This document shows positions 36,570-48,983 of a stretch of DNA of 64,000 nt, one piece after another. Source of the DNA: Narcine bancroftii (Eukaryota); contig NC_091473.1 of assembly GCF_036971445.1 (NCBI RefSeq), positions 200,818,001 through 200,882,000 on the forward strand. The letters are read 5' to 3'. Made by a program: the position numbers and the translations under genes. Below the pieces are notes generated by a model that saw only the letters and a list, made by a program, of their open reading frames with translations, searched no databases and had not been told where the DNA came from. The first letter of the stretch is position 1. The number at the start of each line of letters is the position of its first letter.

Positions 36570-38800
36570 AGCAGTGTTCACACTACATGAGTGCGTAGAA
36601 GAATGAGACACACACCAAATCCTTGGGATTGAGACTGGTTTATTGCTCTGGCCATCACACTTTTATGGATCGCAGGCGCTGACGTCAGAGCCCCACGTCA
36701 TTGGAGTGCTGGCCTGGGATTGGCTAGTGTACCCACCACAGTTCCCCATCTTCCTGCCATGTGGGACATCATCTGAGATTATGGCCAGAAATACCCCCTC
36801 GTCCATGTTGTCGCTGGATTCATCATCCATTTTGTGGGCCAGTCCACATCTCCGTGTGATTGGGCCTTTGTCCCCTGACTTTGGCAGTCTGCTCTTGTGT
36901 CATGGGAGAGAGACCGGGCAGGTGGCAGTCCAAATATGCCGGTTTCAGCCAGTTGACAATAAATGTCTCCTCCTTAATGCTTTCATAAAGTGGAGCTGTT
37001 GTCCCTGATGACCCTGTAGAGTCCTTTGTAGGGTTGTTGCAGAGGCAGCCAGTGAGCTCCCCTTTGCACAAACACATACTGACATCTTTGTCCCTGGGGA
37101 TGTTACATTTTGGCTGGCCGTGTGATGGGTTAAATAACCCTGAGGGTGATATGCTGTGTGTCCCCAGGAAGTTAACCAGTGCTGCCAAGAGCCCAGAAGT
37201 AAATTCTGCCCCTCTGTCCGAGGTCAACTGCTCTGGGACCCCAAATCTGGACATCCACTTGTCGATGAGTGCCCTGACACAGGTTTTTGTGGTGGTATCA
37301 GCCAGCAGGACCGTCTCAGTCCATTTCATGGAATGATCAACCATGTTCAAGAGGTATCATGCCCTATTGGAAACTGGTAGCGGCCCCACTATGTAAATAT
37401 GTACGTGGCTGAACCTCCACCATGCTGGTTCATAGGTCTGTATGGGCCCCCTTGTGTGAGTCTGAATTTTGGATTGACAGTTCGTGCAGGTTTTGGCCCA
37501 CTGGCTGACCTGCTGATGGAGGACGAGCCAGACAAACCTGTTAGCCACCATCTTCACCGTGGCTTGGATTCCAGGGTGCGCCAGGTTGTGGATGGTGTCA
37601 AAAACCTGACACCTCCATGCGGCCGGATCGATGGGTTGAGGGCTGTTGGTAGAGATGTCACACAGCAGTGTCAGGTTAAATGGGCTGATGGGGACATTTT
37701 CCATCCTGAGACCAGAAACGACTGTCCTATACGTGGGGATCTCAGGGTCCTGCTGCTGCGCTTTGGCAAGGGCCATGTATTCACTACCCTTACATCATCG
37801 TGGGGTGTGACATCGTTGCTTTTCCCCACGATGTGCTGTACGTCCGTGGTAAACTCAGACACATAGACAAGCAACTCTGTTGTTGGGCCAAGCACAGGTT
37901 CAATACCTTATGGAAGGAGAAGGTCAGTGTCTTGTGATCAGTGAAGACATTGAATTGGGCATGGGCTGGCAGGTGACAGGTGAATGCACATGGCAGGAGG
38001 AACAAGCAAAAGAGCCTTGAGGAGGGAGGGGGTAAAGGGGCAGATGGCTGAGAAAGGTGCATTCTGACTGGGGGAAAGGGTGGGGGTGGGGATTTGGAGG
38101 AAGGTATGGATCACGGACAGGTTGGTGAAGTAAGTATGAAGGTGTGTGGGGCAATGAGAGCTGAGGGGGAGGGGGAACAGGCAGGGGGTCTTGGCCCTGG
38201 GTGAGGGTATGGTGCGAGGGTGCAGGGCTTTCCCCCCGTGGGGGTGTGTTCATCTGCCCCTCTTCATGCTGCTCCATAGGGGTCCGCAACCCTCCCGAGT
38301 CGACCGTAGTTCCTTCCTGCTGATCCTCCAGAGCCTGTGGTGCTCCTGCATCATCTGCCGAACTGTTCTGCCAATCTGTAGGGGTCTGTAGTTCTTCTGT
38401 GCTGCCCACATCTCCTGAAAAGTCCCTAGTGGCCTCTGAGTCTTCCCGTCCATCCTCAAACACAACGTAGGCATAGTGAGGGTTCGCATGCCTCAATTCC
38501 ATGGGCTCCACCAATGGGTCCATCCTGTGGCATCTGCAATGCTTGCGGAGGAGGGCCGGTCCTGGTGATATCATCCATCTCGGCAGCACTGTGCCTGTCG
38601 CTGCTTTCCTCGGCTAAGAAAAGACATGGTCATGTGGTGTCACGTTAGTGGCGGTACACAATAAAGAGCGTATGGAGTGCAGAGCCTCCGGTAACACGTC
38701 TTGCCACCTTGCAGGTGCCACCTGGTAGGTCCTTTGCTTTGATAGTTAGCAGAACCGTCTTCCAGATGGTGGCATTCTCCTTTTCTACCTGAACGGGGTT
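36570..38800 (-). mobile_element. Gypsy RNaseH/integrase remnants
   Basis: HNLAHPG..AT...CTNCQ, IVGPLP, SRFGVPEQLTSDRGAEF; second integrase C-terminus DPLVEPMELRHANPHYAYV. Confidence 0.8.
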
Positions 38801-38989
38801 TCCCGTGGTTCCGGGGCTTGCAACAGGCGGTGAGAGGATGCTTCTCCCCATGTCCCAGCCCTCATCCCAGCCTCGGTGTTGATTGAACCCGTGGCCCAGC
38901 TCTCCGGGACCCTTAGTTGGGCAAAGCCCATGCTGTGGCCCCGGGGCAGGACTGCACTGATTTATCCCCTGGTCACATCCTCTCAACCC

Positions 38990-39185
38990 CACAGCTCTGA
39001 AACCGTTTCAGTGCTCCGACTGCGGAAATAACTTTAAAAGAACTGACCCGTGTGGGAAGAGGTTCACCCAGATCTCCAACCTGATGACCCACCGGTGGGT
39101 TCACACTGGGGTGACACCATTCACCTGCCTTGAGTGCAGCCACGATCTCCCACCTGCTGACTCACCTGCGGGTCCACACCAAGGA
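38990..39185 (+). pseudogene. Highly truncated C2H2 ZNF pseudogene
   Basis: Paralogous 5' segment 38800-38995 and acceptor retained, ATG lost, 2-3 broken fingers. Confidence 0.8.
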
Positions 39186-39359
39186 AAAGATGTTTGCTTT
39201 GTCCGCTGCAACAGCAAAGACCTACCAGTTACCAACCATATCCATTTCATGCACCATTTCACACTGACCTGTCAGTCCATGGCCTCATTTACTGCCAGAC
39301 TGAGGCTACCCGCATATGGAAGGAACAACACCGTTAACGCCCTCTCCCAGACTCTCTCT

Positions 39360-40010
39360 TTCCCATCCATCTGACTCCCGTCCAGCTTTTTTTTCCTCCT
39401 TGAGACATTTTCCTGAGCTTGGCTCCAGGTTGTGAGCTGTAGGTGTCACTGGAAGAACATTTGTGAGGGGTCCATTTCAAGTTATGGGCCTTGGGCCTGA
39501 TGTAAGGGAGAGGAGGGTCCACTCCAGGTTGTGGGCCGTGGGCAGTGCATGGTGTATGTTGGTAAAGGGTGGAAGGTCCACTCCAGGTTGTGGGCCATGG
39601 GCGATGCATGGTGTATGTTGGTAAAGGGTGGAAGGTCCACTCCAGGTTGTGGGCCATGGGCGATGCATGGTGTATGTCAGTAAAGGGTGAAGGTTATTGA
39701 AACATATGCCTGGAAGGGGCTGTCATGTCTCACCCCTTTTTATTTGTAACTAACTCACGAAATACACACTTCTGTGTATGCTGGAGGAGTCAGCTGGTCT
39801 TGCTTCTCATCCCAACTAATGGGTGGTCCCAACAAAGACAGGGTATTGGCCAACATGCCAAACCCATCGTCTTTGGAAGTCCATCCAGGAATCAAGAACT
39901 GCTCAGGGCTCACCTCTTTCTTTCGGCGAAACATCTTGAGACCAACCCTGCTCGCAGCGCCAATTGTCTTGGGTAAACTTATACCTCTCATTTTGTTCAT
40001 TTTAGATTGG
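39360..40010 (-). mobile_element. ERV remnant: 3' internal end, PPT and partial LTR containing a 59-bp tandem repeat
   Basis: Minus-strand PPT-like aaaaaggggtgagaca followed by TG at ~39725; about 3 copies of a 59-bp unit at 39516-39692. Confidence 0.45.
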
Positions 40011-40016
40011 TCACAG

Positions 40017-40850
40017 TGTTTGAGCTACCGAAAGAAAATAGACACACACACCGAGAGCAGTTCAGTTTATACAAATGTTTATTATTAATTCAAAAGCTGA
40101 TTTCACACTATAATATGCAAGCCCTTCCCAACTATACTTATCAACGCTTGGACTGGTCCCAACTGCCGAAGCGAGGCAACGACGGCACACTTGTAGTAGG
40201 TTGTCAGGGCGCTGGTAGCAGCTTCTCCACCTCCCCTGACCGGGACGTTGCTTGGACTCTGGCTGTTCTTCCTTCTTGACAAGGGGTGTTCCCACCCCTC
40301 GGAGAGTCTAAACTTCAGCAGCAGGACCACAGGCTTATATACACCAAAAACAATTAATCATGCGCCTACTCCTTCTAATATTTGTCAGTCAAAATCAAAA
40401 CTGAACATTACATTCTACAATTTAGAAGATTAATTATTATGGAACCAGGATGTTATAATTTCCTGGTTTATCTCGTAGATACAAAGACTTATTAAAACTT
40501 CTCGAGCAAGACAGGTTGTGACCAATTCGTCAATTTCAGAGTGTTGCATTTGACAACTGCTTTCCCTGGGCCTCACAGTGGAATTCCATTTCAAAGTGTA
40601 TCTTCAGATAAGTCCCCATGGCTGAGTTTAATTACATCTGCTAGTTCTGTAAGTAAGGTGACCTGCGTGTGGACCCAGTGTCGTCAGTTCCACATAAGCA
40701 AAAAGCATCTGGGTACATGGTTTTAATCCTCCATTACAGAGGTAAAAATATATTTCTGACATTTTGGGCATGAGCCCTGTGTGTTTTTACAATCACAATG
40801 TCTGCAGACTTCTGTTTCATTTGTGTTACTATACTGATCGGTGCACTAAC
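40017..40850 (-). mobile_element. Probable ERV-type LTR
   Basis: Minus-strand TATA (~40335), AATAAA (~40080) and terminal ...ctcaaaCA. Confidence 0.4.
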
Positions 40851-41800
40851 GGGTTTGTCTGGTATGGCCTCTGACAGCAGGTCAGCCCGTGGGCCAAAAA
40901 CTGCACGAACGGCCAATCCTCCAAAATCCAGACTCACACAAGGGGACCCACATAGACCTTTGAAACAGTGCGGTGCAGGTTCAGTCACATTACACATTGA
41001 CATAGTGGGGCCACTACCAGTTTCCAGTGGGGCGAGATACCTCTTCAACATGGTTGATCATTCCACAAGGTGGGCTGAGGTGGTCCCGCTGACTGATACC
41101 ATCACAGAAACCTGTGCCAGGGTGTTCAGATTCGGGGGTCCCAGAGCACCTGACCTCAGAGAGGCACAATTTAATTCTGGGCTCTTGGCAGCACTGGTTA
41201 ACTTCCTGGGGACACACGGCATATCACCCTCAGGGTTATTTAGCCCATCACATGGCCAGCCCAAACATAACATCCCCAGGGACAAAGACTTGTCCAGTAT
41301 GTGTTTGTGTGAAGGGGAGAACACCAGCTTCCCCTGCAACAACCCTACAAGGGGCCCTACAGGGTCATTAGGAACAACAGCTCCACTTTATGAAGGTGTT
41401 AAGGATGAAATATTTATTGTCCATTGGCTGAAACCAGCATATTTGGACTGCACCCTGCCTGGTCTCCACTCCTCCCCCACGACACAAGAGCAGACCACCA
41501 GAGTCAGCAGACAAAGGCCCAATCGCATGGAGATGTGGACTAGCCCACAAAATGGATGATGAACACAGTGACAGCATGGACCAGGGGGTATCTCTGACCA
41601 TAATCTCAGGTGACCTCCCACATGGCAGGAAGATGGGGCAATGTGGTGGGCATGCCAGCCACTCCCAGGCCAGCACTCCAATGGCGCAGGGCCCTGATCT
41701 CAGCACCTATAACTCATAAAAGTGTGATGGCCAGAGGAAAAAAAGTCTCGATTCCAAAGATTTGGTGTGTGTGTGTCGTTCTACTCCACACTCACATAGT
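40850..41800 (+). mobile_element. Gypsy integrase remnant (inverted paralogue of 36570-37545)
   Basis: HIDIVGPLPVSSGARYLFNMVDHSTRW; shares deletions with the other copy. Confidence 0.8.
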
Positions 41801-43790
41801 GCACTGGGGCCAGTTTTCCTTTCAATAAAAAATTTCCTCACACAAGCAATTAATTCCTGAATAAATTTTTGAGGCATTGCATTGGAATCAATTGAAAAAA
41901 ATAAAGTATTCTAGGAAAATCATTCATCTTAACACAATTTACTCCACCTATTAAAGTGATAGGTGGTGTATTCTATCTTTCCAAATCTCTTATTTTCTTT
42001 AGTAATAGCGAGTAATTTATTTAAAAGCATTTTTAAACTCTGGTTCCACACGAATACCCAAATATTTTATTCTAGCTTCTGGCCAATGAACTCAATGACT
42101 CTCTTGCATTGTGGAAAATCCCCATTTATGATGAGTCATTTTCTGACTTTATAATTTAATTCCAATCGTTGAATTGTCCGACTTGTTTCTTTTAATGTTT
42201 TTATATATTTTTCCCGTTGTTTTTCTTTTAACACATAATATTTAGCACATGGCAATGCAATCAGGGAGGGGATGGAGTTTTGGTTTCTTTTCATATTTTT
42301 TTTCTTCTATTTTTATTACTTTCTCTTAAAAACATGATCTGGATTGTGAATTATGAACGTTTTACAATTTACATTTGGTTTTGATAAGATGATTGTTTAA
42401 TTAATTATGGGGAACTATTCACATTATTGTATCTCATTAATATTATAAACTCTCAATTGAACCAGCCAGAATGCTCTCCACAGTTCACCTGTAGAAGTTT
42501 TTGAGACTCTTCAGTGACAAACAAAATCTCCTCAAACACCTCACAACATATCGCCTCTGGCGAGTCTTCTTCATGATGGCATCGATATGGAGACTCCAGG
42601 ACAGATCCTCAGGGATTTGAAGTTCCTGACCCTTTCCACGACTGAGCCCTCGATGAGGACTGGATTGTGTTCTCCTGACTTCTATCTGAAGTGGAGCCTG
42701 GTTGAAAGTGTTTAAGATACAGATGGATGGATTTTTAAGATTGGGGAATTAAGGGTTATACAGAACAGGTGGGTAAGTGGAATTCAGTCCATAGCCAGAG
42801 CAGCCATGATCATATTGACTGGCAGAGCAGGCTCAAGGGGCTGGATGGCCGACTCATGCCCCTGTTTCTTACCTTGAGGTGAACATTGCAGCTGTCTAGA
42901 AGTGGAAGCTCAGTAAACACAAGAGAGGAGAAAGGAACAGAAAAGAATCCCAGTAGGGTGAGGAGGGTGGGGACTGGTATGGAGCAGAAACACTAATGGT
43001 GGGGGGGGGGAAGATACCAGGATGCTCCCAGTGTGGGACCAGATGGACTGAATGGCCTTGTCTTTGTTCTCTACATTGAGTGTATGACAGAGTTACAAGG
43101 GGATGAGACACAGTTTTCAAACACAGCTGCTTTATTCATTTTAGATCCAGGAAATAAAATTCAATTGGATGACGTGGTAATAAAACATTATTACAGCACC
43201 AATGACTCAGGTTCGAATCCCGTCCTGTATGTAAGGAGTCTGTACATTCCCCCATGATTGGTAGGTTAATTGGGCGGCACAGGTTTCATGCGCCAGAGAC
43301 CCTCCAACCATGCTGCATTGATAATGTTTAAAATATTAAATCGGAGTCACTAACATTGACGGATAGAATCCTTTCCACCTCCACTTCCCGCTGCCTTGGA
43401 AAGAAACCAAGATATTAAAGACTCACCCTTCCCCAGATAAACTCCCTCTACCCTCCTCCCCATGGAGAAGAAGATTCCCCAATGTGAGATCACACCCACC
43501 AGATTCAAGGACAGTTCCTTCCCCATGTTATCAGACTCTTGAATGATCCTCACACTTGTAAAATAATACTGCTTTTGTCTTGTGCCCACTGATTCGTCCC
43601 TGGAACTTGCATTCCTGCACGGACTTATTTGTTGGTCTAAGTACGGGATATCTGCCTGGACTGCTTCAAAACAAACTTCCCCACTGCACCTTTGTACATG
43701 GTGACAATAAACATGAACCTGAAAACAAATTGCAATTTGACAACAAAACCAAGACCTGTTTTGATTTGTTGCCTCAATAACCACAAGACT

Positions 43791-45378
43791 TCAGTCCCTC
43801 CTGGTGTTTGAGTGAGTGATGTTTAAATATTCCACACCCTGCAAACTTTCTGTGTGAACTCGCTGGTGTTTCACCAGGTTGTTCGACTGGATGAACTTCT
43901 TCCTGCACTCGAAGCAGATGAATTGCTTATCCCTGGCATGGACCTGCTGGTGTTTGAGCACGTACGAGGTCTGGGTGAAGTTCTTCCCATATTCAGAGTG
44001 GTGAATGGCCTCTCCCCGGTGTGGGCCTTCGGGTGGGTCATCAGGTTGGAGGACTAGGTGAACCACTTTCCACACTTGGGACAAACAAATAGCCACTCCA
44101 CAGAGTTTACCCGCTAGTGGGTTAGCACCTGGGAGAACTGGGTGAATCCCTTCTCACAATTGGAGCAGGTGAACGGCCTCTCATTGGTGTGAGCCCACTG
44201 GTGGATGAGCAGGTTGGAGGACTGGGTGAACCTCTTTCTACATTCTTGCTAATGAATGGCCTCTCCCTGGACTGTATCTGCTGGTGGTTCAGCAGGTGCA
44301 AGGTCTGGATGAAGCCCTTCCTGCACTCATGGCAGTCGAATGGAGTCTCTGCTGTGAATCCTCTAATGGGTTAGCAAATTTGATTGCTCGTTGAAGCCCT
44401 TGCTGCATTTGGGGAAGGTTAGTGGCCTCTGCCTGTTGTGCATCCATTGGTGTACCTCAAGGCTGGATCTGTTGGTGAAGGCCTTCTCATACTCAAGGCA
44501 GATGGACTGCTTTTCTCTGGTTTTGCCCCCCTGATGGGTCTGCAGATTGGAGGTCTGGGTGAGGCCCTTCCTATGCTTTGATCAGGTAAATGGCCTCACA
44601 CCAGGGTGGATCATCTGCGGGATCAGCAGGTTAGAGGACTTGGTGAATTCCTTTCCACACTGTTCCAGCAGGTGGGAGGACCGGGCAAACCCCTTTCCAC
44701 ACTGGGTGGCAGACAAATGGCCTCTCCCTGGTATGGACACACTGATTGGTCAGCAAATGAGAGGAATGGATGAAGCCTACTCGGCCTGTCACTGCTGTGC
44801 ATCTTCTGGTGCATCCGCAGGTTGGAGATCTGGTTGAAGCCTTTCCCACAATTGGGGCAGGTGAATGTCTTCTCGCCAGTATGAACCCGTTGGTGTACCT
44901 CAAGGTGGCATCTCTGGGTGAAGGCCTTCTCGCACTTGGGGCAGGTGAATGGCTTTTCCCCAGTGTGGACCCTCTGGTGGGTGCGTAGGTCGGTGAATTG
45001 GGCAAACCCCTTCCCACAATCAGGACAGTTGAAGGACCTCTCCCCAGTGTGAACCAGCTGATGTACCTCAAGGTTCTCTCTCTTGGTAAAGGCCTTCTCG
45101 CACTCATGGCATCCAAACGGTTTTTCCCCGATGTGGACTCGCTGGTGGGTCCGCAGTTTGGTGCTCTAGGCAAACCCCTTCCCACAATCAGGGCAGGTGA
45201 ACGGCTTTTCCCCAGTGTGGACCCGCTGGTGCGTCCGCAGGTTGGAGATGTGCGCAAACCCCTTCTCGCAATCAGGGTAGATGAAGGGTCTCTCCCTGGT
45301 GTGGACACGTCGGTGTCTCGTTAACTCACTCGACCATTTAAAGTTCTTCCCGCAGTCGGAGCATTGAAACGGATTCAT
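43791..45378 (-). pseudogene. C2H2 ZNF pseudogene
   Basis: [11 protein letters not shown] start; TAG in finger 3 (45166); further fingers with frameshifts; same terminal HTESLQGVEYLNITHSNTRRD as after the 32-kb gene. Confidence 0.85.
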
Positions 45379-47014
45379 CGCTGTGCGGATGAGAGGATAA
45401 ATCAATGCAGTCCTGCCCTGGGGCCACAGCGCGGACTCATTCCGATGGAGTGTTCCGGAGAGATCGGCCACGGGTTAAATCCACACTGAGGCTGGAATCC
45501 GGGGAGAAGCGTCTTGTAGTCGAGCACTGAAAGCCCCGTAACCCCATTTCGGGACCCGGTGCTGCGCTCGGCACCCGGTTCTGAATCGCATTCGATCCCC
45601 GGACAAGCACCGAAAGCGGGGAGACGCGCACTGCGCATGCCTGTATAGGACTCTGGCGCATTATCAGGCTGCCAAACGTAATGACGTCATACCATTGTTG
45701 TCCTTATCCCGCCTTCCTTAAAGGGGCGGAGCTCTGTCATCGGGCTGGACTTGAACATGAGCTTCCTCATTGAATAGAATTGGAACCATGTGAGTTGATC
45801 TGAGTTCTCATCCAGTTAGGGCTGTTGGAAAGGTTCTCATTTATTGCTTCCACACTGGAGATTAATGCTCCCCTCTGGGGAATGTGTCCATGTTTCCCAC
45901 ATGTCATTGATGGGCCTGGAACACGTGTCTCATTTGTCCGGACCCCCCCCCCCCCCCCCCACCTCCCCCAGGGCCGGCGCTACCATTAGGCAAACTAGGC
46001 AGACCTCAGAGTGGCGCTTTCAGGGTGGCCAGACGTCCGGCTTTAGGTCGGACAGTCCGGGTTTTGAGACCCTCTGTCCTCCGCTGCTAGACTCTAATAT
46101 GCGTTTCCTCCTCAAATTAAATGTTTGTATAAACAGGTGGTAACGAATATAATATTCGGCTTTGAACATCATCCGATGCTGGGAAGATTTGTTTTTGAAC
46201 AGGTCGGTTGTTCTTCCGTTTGGGACCATTAGGAGTTTGTCAGTTACTTTTTGCCTAGAATTGTATAAGATTTAAATTAAACAGCAAATTATTTTCAAAA
46301 AGCGTCAAGCTCATGCGCCCCGCGCTTGTTTGTCTGTCTGATCACCCAAGCTGCCAGAGGAAGTCGTGAAGGTGGGTGAACTTCGAAGAACATGGATCGG
46401 AAGGGGTTAACAGGGATCTGGGCCAAATGGGGCTGTAATAATGAACAAGATGGGCTGAAGGGGATATTTTCTACACGACACAACATTATGATCCATCGAG
46501 ATTCATCCACGACCCAACTCCGAATGCTCACCTTCGACCCGTTGGAAAACATTCATTCACCTTGAGTTTCCAAATGACACTTTACGAAACACCCATTCCC
46601 ACTTATAGCAAAGGCTTCCAGACTCTTACACCTTCCCCACACCTCCACCCCCACCCCTGGTGCTACTCCCCAAATGACCAGGCTCCTTAATCCCTATTTG
46701 CCCCAGCCCCTCCATTATCCGAAGAGGGAGAAGCTATCAGTTGCCTTACAGTCAATGGGACTGGACAGAATAATAGTTCAGCACATGATAGATGGGCCAA
46801 ACGACCTGTTTCTGTGCTGTTCTGTGGTTCAACGGCAGAAAGACCATTCATATAATCCTAACTAAAGCCCAAGTCCATCCCTCACTGTTCAACAGGCATG
46901 TCAGATGTGCCAAGTAATTAAGCTGCAGTTAAGATTAGCTGGAGGGGACGAGACAAGTGGACACGGTCCAACTCTGGTTAGAATGTGTGGGGATAGTTCA
47001 GTAAAGGTACCAGC

Positions 47015-47300
47015 TCACTTTTGGACCTGCTGGTGCTTCAACAGGTCGGTTGACTGGGTGAGGCTCTTGTCGCAGTGGAAGCAGGTGAAGGGCCTCTCTC
47101 CAGTGTGGATCCGCTGGTAGGTTCTCAGGTGGGAGGACTGGGTGAAGCTGTTCCCGCACTCAGGGCAGGTGAACGGCCTCTCGCTGGTGTGGCCCTACTG
47201 GTGCATCCACAGGTTGGAAGTCTGGGTGAAGCTCTTGCCACACTCTCCCCAGTGTGGACCTACCGTTTTTCCCGCAGTCCGAAAACTGAAACGGGTTCAT
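47015..47300 (-). pseudogene. Short C2H2 ZNF pseudogene separated from its 5' region by the ERV
   Basis: ATGAACCCGTTTCAG start at 47300; about 3 broken fingers; upstream paralogous sequence resumes at 57911-58140. Confidence 0.85.
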
Positions 47301-47362
47301 CGCTGTGAGGATGTAATCAGGGGATAAATCAAGGCAGTCCTACCCGGGGCCACAGCGTGGGC

Positions 47363-48173
47363 TGTTGGAATCTAGGGGTTAAAACAGTATGAAATAAATG
47401 ATTAATTAATAAGTGTATATTTACTGCATGGTTCAGGGAAAAAGGAATGTGATTAAGTAGCAATCACAGCATGGAGCAAAGTTGGCTGAACAAAATTGTC
47501 TCTCCAAAATACTGGGAGAGGAAATGCATAAAACGATTTAGGAGGAATGCTCAAACTAAAGGAGGTGGTGAGTAGCACAGGAGACACAGGCCAGATCAGA
47601 ACAAAGAATGGCCTGTAAGAAACAAAGGGAATGGAAAACAAGTCTAGGAGGAAGATTAAGGCAGGAGGAGGTGTTAAAGAGAACAGCAGAAATTGGCCGG
47701 ACAAGAACAGAATGGTGATTAGAAATATCTGGGGATGAATTAATTTCTGATCAACACAACGGGATAGTCTGGCCTGGAGGATTAAGATGGGAGTGCTACA
47801 CCCCAGATATCTGCAAAACAGGAGATGACTTGTGATAACCCTTATGCAAAAAGATCTAGCAAAGAAAGACAACTTTTGTTCTGTATGATAATGAAATCTA
47901 GCAAAGGAAGCCAACTTTTGTTCTGTATGATAAGGCTGACCTATATAAACTGAACCAACTGGACAATAGGGGTCAGTCTTGGGGAGTAGCTCACTGTGCA
48001 GGTGACCTATGAACTAATGAGTGACCCAGAGCTCTGTTAAGTTTTATTCTTGTGCTGTGTAATAAATTGACTGTTGAACCGAATACCTTCTCCTATCACT
48101 TCATTCAAAGAACGCGCTGGACTCAGACTACACATAGACTAAATTAAGAGTAAGTTAAAGCCAGAGTCCGACA
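47363..48173 (+). repeat. ERV 5' LTR
   Basis: TGTTGG...CCGACA; TATA ctatataaa at 47941; AATAAA at 48061; internal ~40-bp duplication 47852-47933. Confidence 0.97.
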
Positions 48174-48176
48174 ATT

Positions 48177-48194
48177 TGGTGACCCCGACGTGAT
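48177..48194 (+). promoter_or_regulatory. Primer binding site, tRNA-Trp
   Basis: tggtgaccccgacgtgat is the 18-nt complement of the vertebrate tRNA-Trp 3' end. Confidence 0.92.
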
Positions 48195-48281
48195 GAAGAT
48201 GGAGAAGTGACGGAAGAAAAAGATACGAAACACCGGTCGATTGTGGTGTGGTGATAACAACAAGTGACCATCCTACAAAGG

Positions 48282-48290
48282 GAGGTAAGC
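48282..48290 (+). promoter_or_regulatory. Probable major splice donor of the ERV
   Basis: gag|gtaagc about 90 nt downstream of the PBS. Confidence 0.6.
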
Positions 48291-48388
48291 AGACGCCTGT
48301 TTTAACGAAGTTCTGCTATTGGCAAAGATAAATTGTGTGTTGTCACTACTCTGCAAAAGCCCTCGTTAAAGCCAAAGAATAAAACAAA

Positions 48389-48615
48389 AGGGGGTTGGAG
48401 TCCCCCTAGTAGAACGGGGTTGGAGTCCCCCTAGTAGAACGGGGTTGGAGTCCCCTGTAGTAGAAGGGGGTTGGAGTCCTCCTAGTAGAACAGGGTTGGA
48501 GTCCCCTGTAGTAGAAGGGGGTTGGAGTCCTCCTAGTAGAACAGGGTTGGAGTCCCCTGTAGTAAAAGGGGGTTGGAGTCCTCCTAGCAGAACGGGGTTG
48601 GAGTCCCCTCGTAGC
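48389..48615 (+). repeat. Nine 25-26-bp tandem repeats in the ERV leader
   Basis: Unit ggggttggagtcccc(t/c)...tagtagaa(c/g), with a higher-order ~51-bp dimer. Confidence 0.95.
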
Positions 48616-48983
48616 GATCTCGAGAGATAGCTTTAGACACTTGGCCAATTAGAATAAGGTGCATTGTGATGGTTATTTGTTTTCATAGTGTGTAATAAGT
48701 ATTTGATTAAGGATCGTATACCATAGTAGTGGACAATCAGTATCTGTATAAGGTGTATTGTTTTATAGTTATTTGCTTCTATAGTGGATAAGTATCTGTT
48801 TAGGAATCGTCTAGTAAATCATAATAGTTTATAATAAGTATTTGTTTAAGGATTGTGTGTAGTGTGCTGCTGGTGTTCATAATAACGTGGGAAGGGACGA
48901 AGTAAATTGCAGGGTGTCAAAATCCTACCAGGGGAGAGACCCAGTGAATCACGAAGTCTAAAGGGTTAAAGATCGGAACAGAG

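Noticed and set aside
47453-47914. Identical 153-aa minus-strand ORF in both LTRs
   Set aside because: Non-ATG start, antisense to purine-rich U3; duplicated only because the LTRs are.
48389-48615. CRISPR-like array
   Set aside because: No unique spacers, no cas genes, eukaryotic retroviral context.
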